This document shows, piece after piece, positions 8,521 through 14,906 of a DNA stretch of 64,000 nucleotides. The stretch lies in the IMG/VR virus record IMGVR_UViG_3300032285_002884; one strand, given 5' to 3'. The position numbers were made by a program, and so were the translations under genes. A model generated the notes under the pieces. It was not told where the DNA came from. It searched no databases and was given only the letters and a program-made list of their open reading frames with translations. Source of the stretch: a virus. The stretch's first letter is position 1. The number at the start of each line of letters is the position of its first letter.

Positions 8521-9000
8521 ATGTCAGTCGTAGTCCGAGGTTCTAGAACAGGTAGCGCTACACCTTCCGAGATTCGGAAGGCTACAGAGTTCTTTGCCAA
8601 GAAGCTTCTCGGCGAGCGACTCAGCCGAAACGTATGCATCGACGTCATCGTCAAGCGCAAGCTTGCACGTAAGACCGGTGCCCTAGGTTGGTGCGACTTC
8701 GTCGACAGCCAGTCTCGCCCTCGTTTCTTTGAGATCGAGCTGGACGACGAGCAGGGTCCTATCCGCCTCATCCGTACCCTAGCACACGAGATGGTCCACG
8801 TCAAGCAGTGGGCAAAGGGTGACCTCAAAGAATATTCCCGCAAGCCAGACAAGTGGTGTGGCAAGTCCGTCGACCGTGACATGCCCTACCGCGACCGCCC
8901 GTGGGAGATCGAAGCGTACGAACTCGAGAAGACCCTCTCGAAAGAGTTCTTCTCTTGGAGACGTGATCAAAAAAAGTTAGCCCGAAGGGTTGACAAATAA
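8521..9000 (+). CDS. Putative zinc metallopeptidase
   Basis: TLAHEMVHVKQ (HExxH) and PWEIEAY. Confidence 0.8.
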   Translation: MSVVVRGSRTGSATPSEIRKATEFFAKKLLGERLSRNVCIDVIVKRKLARKTGALGWCDFVDSQSRPRFFEIELDDEQGPIRLIRTLAHEMVHVKQWAKGDLKEYSRKPDKWCGKSVDRDMPYRDRPWEIEAYELEKTLSKEFFSWRRDQKKLARRVDK

Positions 9001-9020
9001 GTAGAATATGTTATTATAAG
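8990..9020 (+). promoter_or_regulatory. Sigma70-type promoter
   Basis: TTGACA 8990; TATTAT 9012-9017. Confidence 0.7.
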
Positions 9021-9073
9021 AATATAAGCTGAATACGACAAAGACCCAACCAACCTAAGGAGGAACCTACACT

Positions 9074-10063
9074 ATGGCACACATGATTGAAGAGATCAAC
9101 GGCAAGGCTCAGATGGCGTACGCTGGCGAGAAGCCTTGGCACGGACTCGGTACTCAGGTACCAGCCGACCTCACACCTGCACAGATGCTCGAGGCTGCTG
9201 GCCTCAACTGGACCGTCACTAAGGTCCCTGCCTACGCCGAGATCAATGGCAAGAAGATCGCCGTCGGTAAGTCGGCCCTCGTCCGCTCTTTCGATGACTC
9301 GATGCTCGACGTCGTGTCCGATGACTGGAACCCTATCCAGAACGACGAGGCCTTTGAGTTCTTCAATGACTTCGTGATGGCCGGTGACATGGCTATGGAG
9401 ACTGCCGGTTCGCTCCGTGACGGCCAGATCGTCTGGGGCTTGGCGAAGGTCAAGGAGTCCTTTGAGCTCTTCAACGGCAAGGACGTCGTCGACTCTTACC
9501 TCCTCTTCACCAACTTCCACCGCTTCGGCTTCGCCACCGACGTCCGGTTCTCCCCTATCCGCGTCGTGTGCAACAACACCTTGACCGCCTCGCTCAATGC
9601 CAAGGTCCAGAACATGGTGAAGATCTCTCACCGCAAGAAGTTCGACCCTGAGAACGTCAAGGTAATGCTCGGCGTGGCACACGAGAAGATGGCTAAGTAC
9701 AAGGAGATGGCTCAGTACCTCTCGACCAAGCGCTACAACGGCGAGAACATCGTCGAGTATTTCAAGCGTGTCTTCCCTGCCGGCAGCGCCAAGACCGCTG
9801 AGTCGTCAGTCGACGGCGTGATCGTCGGAGCTACCGAGCTGTCGCGCAACGCAAAGCAGGCACTCAACGTCATGTACACACAGCCGGGTGCAGAGCTCGG
9901 TGAGGGTACTTGGTGGCAGGCCTTCAACACGGTCACCTACATGACCGACCACACCCTCGGTCGCTCGGCCGATACCCGACTCCAGTCGGCATGGTACGGC
10001 GCCAGCAAGAACATGAAGATCAAGGCTCTGGAGACGGCGATTGAGTTCGCCGACGCCGCATGA
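9074..10063 (+). CDS. DUF932 / phage-plasmid-like protein
   Basis: PWHGLG, METAGSL, PIRVVCNNTL, GTWWQAFNTVT. Confidence 0.9.
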   Translation: MAHMIEEINGKAQMAYAGEKPWHGLGTQVPADLTPAQMLEAAGLNWTVTKVPAYAEINGKKIAVGKSALVRSFDDSMLDVVSDDWNPIQNDEAFEFFNDFVMAGDMAMETAGSLRDGQIVWGLAKVKESFELFNGKDVVDSYLLFTNFHRFGFATDVRFSPIRVVCNNTLTASLNAKVQNMVKISHRKKFDPENVKVMLGVAHEKMAKYKEMAQYLSTKRYNGENIVEYFKRVFPAGSAKTAESSVDGVIVGATELSRNAKQALNVMYTQPGAELGEGTWWQAFNTVTYMTDHTLGRSADTRLQSAWYGASKNMKIKALETAIEFADAA

Positions 10064-10191
10064 AGGAGTTCTTGGAAGACGCCTACGCCTTCGTGATGCT
10101 TCGAATCCTCGTAGTCCTCATGGGACTCATCATCATCACGAGTGGTCTCATCGCCCCTGAATGGACGTTCACTAATCTGATCAAGGACTAA
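10060..10191 (+). CDS. Small single-TM protein (43 aa, not in ORF track)
   Basis: ATGA overlap; MKEFLEDAYAFVMLRILVVLMGLIIITSG... fills the gap exactly. Confidence 0.6.
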   Translation: MKEFLEDAYAFVMLRILVVLMGLIIITSGLIAPEWTFTNLIKD

Positions 10192-10196
10192 TTGAA

Positions 10197-11303
10197 ATGG
10201 CAAAGAGTCTCCTCTCCGTACGTACTAAGAAGAAGCCCAAGGTCACTCGCTCAGAGGCCTACTTGGTCAACGTCAAGTACCTAGGAGAGGAGCCTGACGT
10301 CAACAAGTTCAAGACTAAAGCCGACTACATCAGGGCACTGAGCTGGTACGGCTCAATGTGCGACACCAAGGATGCTCGCGAGTATCTCAAGGACTACCTG
10401 ACTCACAACAAAGAGTTCGAGAAGGCAAAGCGCGTCGACAAGATCCCGGACAACTGGGTACCTCTGACGGCAGCGTGGCAGGTTCGCATCTTGATGAACC
10501 AGAAAGCTAAGTTTGATCTTGAGCCATACGTGAAGTTCATGGCGACTCTCGACGAGGCCTTCACACACATCAAGGAAGAGAAGTCAGAAGAAAAGAAGTC
10601 TGACAAGCCTTCTATCCAAGACCGTATCAAGGACCGTCTCAGCGACATCATCGGCGACATCGAGGAGATGATCGACTCGGGTGTCCCGTTCTCCCTGTAT
10701 GACTGGCTCAAGAAGAACGAGATCCCAGTCATGTACGCCACGAAGATCGGCGACTACTATGGTCCGATCTGGAACGAGATGGTGCAGGCACATGCCGGCA
10801 AGCTCGACGGCTATGAGAAGTGGACCAAGGCCCAGCTCAAGGCCCGCGTCGAGTTCTACAACTCTCTCGTGACGGACGCCGAGCGATACGGCAGCGTCGC
10901 CAAGAAGACTCGGGCAGTCCGCAAGCCTCGTCCGGTCTCAGTCGAGAAGCAGCTCAAGGGACTCAAGTACCAGAAGGAGTCGGCTGAGTACAAGCTGGCA
11001 TCCATCGATCCACAGAAGATCATCGGCGCTCAGGAGCTCTGGACCTTCAATACCAAGTACGGCAACATCACTATCTTCCGCGCGCTCGACCGTGGAGGCC
11101 TCAAGGTAAAGGGTACTTCCATTACCGGCTTCGACGAGAAGCAGTCCTTCAGTTACAAGACGGGACGTAAGACCGGCGACGTGGTAGATCGCTTCAGCAA
11201 GGCAACCAAGGCCGGTGTCAAGAAGGCAGTCGAGATACTCAAGCCTCACGCATTCAACGCTCGCATCAACGAGAACACGATCCTAATCAAGGTGCTCCCA
11301 TGA
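10197..11303 (+). CDS. Conserved T4-like hypothetical protein
   Basis: Long ORF; SIDPQKIIGAQELWTFNTKY and RINENTILIK motifs. Confidence 0.8.
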   Translation: MAKSLLSVRTKKKPKVTRSEAYLVNVKYLGEEPDVNKFKTKADYIRALSWYGSMCDTKDAREYLKDYLTHNKEFEKAKRVDKIPDNWVPLTAAWQVRILMNQKAKFDLEPYVKFMATLDEAFTHIKEEKSEEKKSDKPSIQDRIKDRLSDIIGDIEEMIDSGVPFSLYDWLKKNEIPVMYATKIGDYYGPIWNEMVQAHAGKLDGYEKWTKAQLKARVEFYNSLVTDAERYGSVAKKTRAVRKPRPVSVEKQLKGLKYQKESAEYKLASIDPQKIIGAQELWTFNTKYGNITIFRALDRGGLKVKGTSITGFDEKQSFSYKTGRKTGDVVDRFSKATKAGVKKAVEILKPHAFNARINENTILIKVLP

Positions 11304-11731
11304 TCAAGAACGAGTCTATCCTCTTCTCTGAAGATACCATCTCACGTCTCGAAGAGGTATACAGAGCCGTGTACGTCTGCGACTCCCAGCTCAAGACAAA
11401 GAACGGTTGGTCCGAGAACCCCGTCGCTGTCTTCTATACGGTCCATCCCCATCCCGAAGGCTCCAACTACTTCGGCATCTTCGTACGCGACAAGGTCCCG
11501 ATGATCTGCAACGCAGAGACAGCTCTAGAACCCTTCACTGGCGCGGTCAAGAAGAACGGCGACATCGTCTACAGCCGCTTCAGACACGACTACGTCGAGT
11601 TCGACGGGGCTTACTCCATCGACGGCGGTCGCGACTACGTCCGTCTAGGCGGGCCAGAGATGCCACAGACAGTTAAACTCAAGATAGAAGGTCCTATCGT
11701 CACGGTGGTCGAAGCACAGGAAGCAGCATGA
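11300..11731 (+). CDS. Hypothetical phage protein
   Basis: YSRFRHDY...IDGGRDY motif; ATGA coupling. Confidence 0.75.
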   Translation: MIKNESILFSEDTISRLEEVYRAVYVCDSQLKTKNGWSENPVAVFYTVHPHPEGSNYFGIFVRDKVPMICNAETALEPFTGAVKKNGDIVYSRFRHDYVEFDGAYSIDGGRDYVRLGGPEMPQTVKLKIEGPIVTVVEAQEAA

Positions 11732-12219
11732 AAGACAACTACTTTAGATTCCACTTTCCACACATCCACCTTCAGAGCCCCTTCGGCGACGACGGCTTTG
11801 CCATCATGGCCGAGAGGTTCGCCCGTTTCTTCGGCACCCCGATCTTCTTGATAATCCAGACAGCCTTAGTGCTTATCTGGATGGGACTCAACGTCTTTGG
11901 ATACACTGCCTTCGACGTCTATCCATTCATTCTTCTCAACCTAGCCTTCTCGACTCAGGCAGCATACGCTGCACCCCTGATCCTCTTGGCACAGACTCGA
12001 CAGGCTGACCGAGACAAGGCCCACGCCGAGGCAGACGCCCAGCACCGTGAAGACCTAGCCATGGCAGCTGCACAGCGGCAGCAGATCGCAGCAGAGCAGA
12101 CGGCCATCCTTCTCGAGATGCTTCACGAGAACAACAAGCTAGTCAAGAAGATCGAGAAGCTGACTAAAGAGATCCACACGATCACGACAAAGGGTGTTGA
12201 CAAAAATAGCAAGTCGTGA
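11728..12219 (+). CDS. DUF1003 family membrane protein
   Basis: ARFFGT...FDVYPFILLNLAFSTQAAYAAPLILLAQTRQ. Confidence 0.9.
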   Translation: MKDNYFRFHFPHIHLQSPFGDDGFAIMAERFARFFGTPIFLIIQTALVLIWMGLNVFGYTAFDVYPFILLNLAFSTQAAYAAPLILLAQTRQADRDKAHAEADAQHREDLAMAAAQRQQIAAEQTAILLEMLHENNKLVKKIEKLTKEIHTITTKGVDKNSKS

Positions 12220-12227
12220 TATAAATA
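12197..12227 (+). promoter_or_regulatory. Overlapping early (sigma70) and late (TATAAATA) promoter for tmRNA
   Basis: TTGACA 12197, 17 bp spacer, TATAAATA 12220-12227. Confidence 0.8.
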
Positions 12228-12231
12228 GTAT

Positions 12232-12522
12232 ATGCTGATGTCGATGACGAAAGCGAAATAGACATGCTGGACGCGGGGGCGGTACCCGCCGCCTCCACCA
12301 CAGATACATCGGTCGCCATAGTCGGAACAAATATGGTGTAATAGGTTTCTCCGAACATCCGATGTATCTTTGATGGGGGCGAAATAGGATCGACAGGTGT
12401 GTTAAAGGCGGACCGAGACAGAAGCATAAATAAGTTATCTGCAAACGATAATTCACTTCTTGAGATGCGCCTAGCGGCTTAATCTCTTGGGTATGGGTTC
12501 CACCTCGAAACAGAACGGGCCC
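12232..12522 (+). ncRNA. ssrA: Circularly permuted (two-piece) tmRNA; tag ANDNSLLEMRLAA
   Basis: Acceptor piece ending CGCCTCCACCA at 12300; coding piece starting GGGGGCGAAATAGGATCGAC at 12375; G3.U70; tag ORF 12441-12482; outer ends approximate. Confidence 0.93.
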
Positions 12523-12550
12523 ACTTCACACATCACACAGGAGAACTAAA

Positions 12551-12754
12551 ATGACTAAGACACCTTACGAGATCCGTCTCGACGTTCTGAACTTCGCACA
12601 GAATCAGCTGCAGGGAGAATACTTTGCTCAGATGGAGCGTATTCGCATGCAGAAAGATCTCAACTTACCCGTCGAATCAATTCCTAGCTATCCGACCAAG
12701 GATGACATCATCTTTCTAGCTGAAAGCCTTAAGAACTTCGTCGACACGAAGTAA
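12551..12754 (+). CDS. Conserved small T4-like protein
   Basis: AGGAG SD; KTPYEIRLDVL motif. Confidence 0.75.
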   Translation: MTKTPYEIRLDVLNFAQNQLQGEYFAQMERIRMQKDLNLPVESIPSYPTKDDIIFLAESLKNFVDTK

Positions 12755-12762
12755 GCTATAAC

Positions 12763-12839
12763 GGTCTCATAGCTCAGCTGTATAGAGCAGCCGCCTTCTA
12801 AGCGGCAGGTCGTTGGTTAGAGTCCAACTGAGATCACCA
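12763..12839 (+). tRNA. tRNA-Arg(UCU)
   Basis: GGTCTCA/TGAGATC acceptor, GCCGC-CTTCTAA-GCGGC, CCA; atypical D and T loops. Confidence 0.88.
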
Positions 12840-12861
12840 ATCAAGGAGTGGGCTATTGGAT

Positions 12862-13047
12862 ATGAAGATCGTACCCGTTTGGGTTGTCTACCTCGTAGCG
12901 GTCGTAGTTCTGATAGCTCACGACTTCCTTATCAAAGACTACATCTTTGGATTCTTGGCTTTCATGGCTTTTGCCGGAGCCTTAGTTATGAAGAACACCT
13001 ATCAGTTGGTGTTTATGGATAAGACGGAAGATGATGCTGACCAATGA
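12862..13047 (+). CDS. Small two-TM membrane protein
   Basis: AAGGAG upstream; two hydrophobic segments. Confidence 0.6.
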   Translation: MKIVPVWVVYLVAVVVLIAHDFLIKDYIFGFLAFMAFAGALVMKNTYQLVFMDKTEDDADQ

Positions 13048-13280
13048 ATATTTTTGGAATCGTTAACTCAAACTCGACCTTCTCGAGTGAGATTGAAAAG
13101 CTAGTAAGCACTAAGAACATCGACTACATCGACGCCATCGTTCTCTGGTGCGAGCGCAACAACCTAGAAGTCGAGTACGCCGCGGGCATGATCAAGAAGG
13201 ATCCCGTGCTCAAGTCTAAGGTTCAGGTCGAGGCCGAGAACATCAACGTCTTGAAGAAGGGCGCGAGACTGCCGATATGA
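13044..13280 (+). CDS. gp33: Late promoter transcription co-activator
   Basis: FSSEIEKLV, YIDAIV, LKSKVQVEAE, RLPI; synteny 33-59-32. Confidence 0.9.
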   Translation: MNIFGIVNSNSTFSSEIEKLVSTKNIDYIDAIVLWCERNNLEVEYAAGMIKKDPVLKSKVQVEAENINVLKKGARLPI

Positions 13281-13870
13281 TGGTGAGGAAGAGCGTGTCA
13301 CCCTTTGAATGCTACCAAGACTACCTTGCACTAAAGCAGCACTTCAGCCGCCCAGACTACGACTACGTAAAGTACAACGGCAAGGTCAACGCCAGACTAT
13401 CAAGCTTCGAGGGACGGCGAGACAAGATCTTCTTTGCCAAGCTCTCAAAGCATCCAGATCCTCACAACTTCCTCCTGTCCAATATGGTCAAGAACCCCAA
13501 GGTCTGGATCAAGGACATCGCGTACAACGAGTCAGCCCATCGTGTATACGAGGACTGGATGAAGAAGAACCAGTCCCTCACGTACCTCTTTAAGAACGAG
13601 GTCGGTAAGCTCAGGGACGACTTCGACAGCAACTTTAAGGTGCTCGACAACGAGCATCCCTACGCCCTCAAGCTGTACATGCAGGGTGAGATATCTCTTG
13701 AGACACTCGTCATCTTAGTAAACTTGACTAAGTGCCTAAAGCACTGGAGCAAGAAGATGGCTGACGATCCGGTCTGGGAAGAGATCAAGCTTCTAATCGT
13801 CAAGTATAATGCGTTCTTGAAATATGACGAGGAGAAGATGAAGAACATCGTAGTTGACAAGTATCAATGA
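13277..13870 (+). CDS. gp59: Helicase loader
   Basis: YLALKQHF...YDYVKYNGK, ISLETLVIL. Confidence 0.93.
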   Translation: MMVRKSVSPFECYQDYLALKQHFSRPDYDYVKYNGKVNARLSSFEGRRDKIFFAKLSKHPDPHNFLLSNMVKNPKVWIKDIAYNESAHRVYEDWMKKNQSLTYLFKNEVGKLRDDFDSNFKVLDNEHPYALKLYMQGEISLETLVILVNLTKCLKHWSKKMADDPVWEEIKLLIVKYNAFLKYDEEKMKNIVVDKYQ

Positions 13871-13882
13871 AAGTGTTATTAT
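13854..13882 (+). promoter_or_regulatory. Sigma70-type promoter for gene 32
   Basis: TTGACA-17-TATTAT. Confidence 0.75.
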
Positions 13883-13951
13883 ATATAGTATGGGCGAATC
13901 ATCCAGCCCAATACGATATACATCGCAATATTAAACATACGGAGAATACAC

Positions 13952-14875
13952 ATGGACTTTTCACAGCTTAAGAAGCAGTCGGGTAAATCATCTCTTGAGA
14001 AGATCGCGTCAGATCTCAGCAAGATGAATTCCAATCAACAGGAGCGTAAGTCCGACGACCGCTTCTGGTCCCCTACGGTTGACAAGGCCGGCAACGGCTA
14101 CGCAGTCATCCGCTTCCTCCCATCGCCTGCTGGCGAGGACATGCCGTTCGTCCGAGTATGGGACCACGGCTTCCAGGGCCCAACCGGTACTTGGTACATC
14201 GAGAACTCCCTCACGACAATCGGCAAGAACGATCCGGTCTCCGAGCACAACTCGAAGCTCTGGAACTCCGGCCTTGAGTCTGACAAGGAGATCGCCCGTA
14301 AGCAGAAGCGTCGCCTTCACTTCGTGAGCAACGTCTACATCGTCAACGATCCGGGTAACCCCGAGAACGAGGGCAAGGTGTTCCTCTACAAGTACGGCAA
14401 GAAGATCTTTGACAAGCTCAACGAGCTCATGAACCCACAGTTCCAGGACGAAGAGGCGATCAACCCATTCGACTTCTGGGCCGGTGCCAACTTCAAGTTG
14501 AAGATCCGTCAGGTCGAAGGCTACCGCAACTACGACAAGTCTGAGTTCGCAAAGCCTAGCCCTCTGCTGGACGACGACAAGGAACTTGAGAACGTATGGA
14601 AGAAGGAGCACTCTCTTCAGGAGTTCCTCTCACCTTCCAACTTCAAGACCTACGAGGAGCTCTCTGCGAAGCTCGCCAAGGTACTCGGCACTGACGGCTC
14701 GTCTTCGGGCGCCCGTGCAAACGCTAAGGCTAAGGCAGCCGACGAGGACGACGCTCCATGGGCCGAGGAGACCGAGGCACCTAAGGCTCGCTCGACTCCA
14801 GCTCCGCGTCAGGCTGCTACCGACGATGACGAGGACGATGGACTCGACTTCTTTAAGAGTCTTGCAAATCGCTAA
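13952..14875 (+). CDS. gp32: Single-stranded DNA-binding protein
   Basis: DDRFW, GNGYAVIRFLP, WYIENSLTT, RNYDKSEF, acidic tail. Confidence 0.97.
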   Translation: MDFSQLKKQSGKSSLEKIASDLSKMNSNQQERKSDDRFWSPTVDKAGNGYAVIRFLPSPAGEDMPFVRVWDHGFQGPTGTWYIENSLTTIGKNDPVSEHNSKLWNSGLESDKEIARKQKRRLHFVSNVYIVNDPGNPENEGKVFLYKYGKKIFDKLNELMNPQFQDEEAINPFDFWAGANFKLKIRQVEGYRNYDKSEFAKPSPLLDDDKELENVWKKEHSLQEFLSPSNFKTYEELSAKLAKVLGTDGSSSGARANAKAKAADEDDAPWAEETEAPKARSTPAPRQAATDDDEDDGLDFFKSLANR

Positions 14876-14878
14876 AAT

Positions 14879-14905
14879 AAAAAAGGGGGCTTCGGCCCCC
14901 TTTCT
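14879..14905. terminator. Bidirectional intrinsic terminator between convergent operons
   Basis: AAAAAAGGGGGC-TTCG-GCCCCCTTT. Confidence 0.92.
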
Positions 14906-14906
14906 C

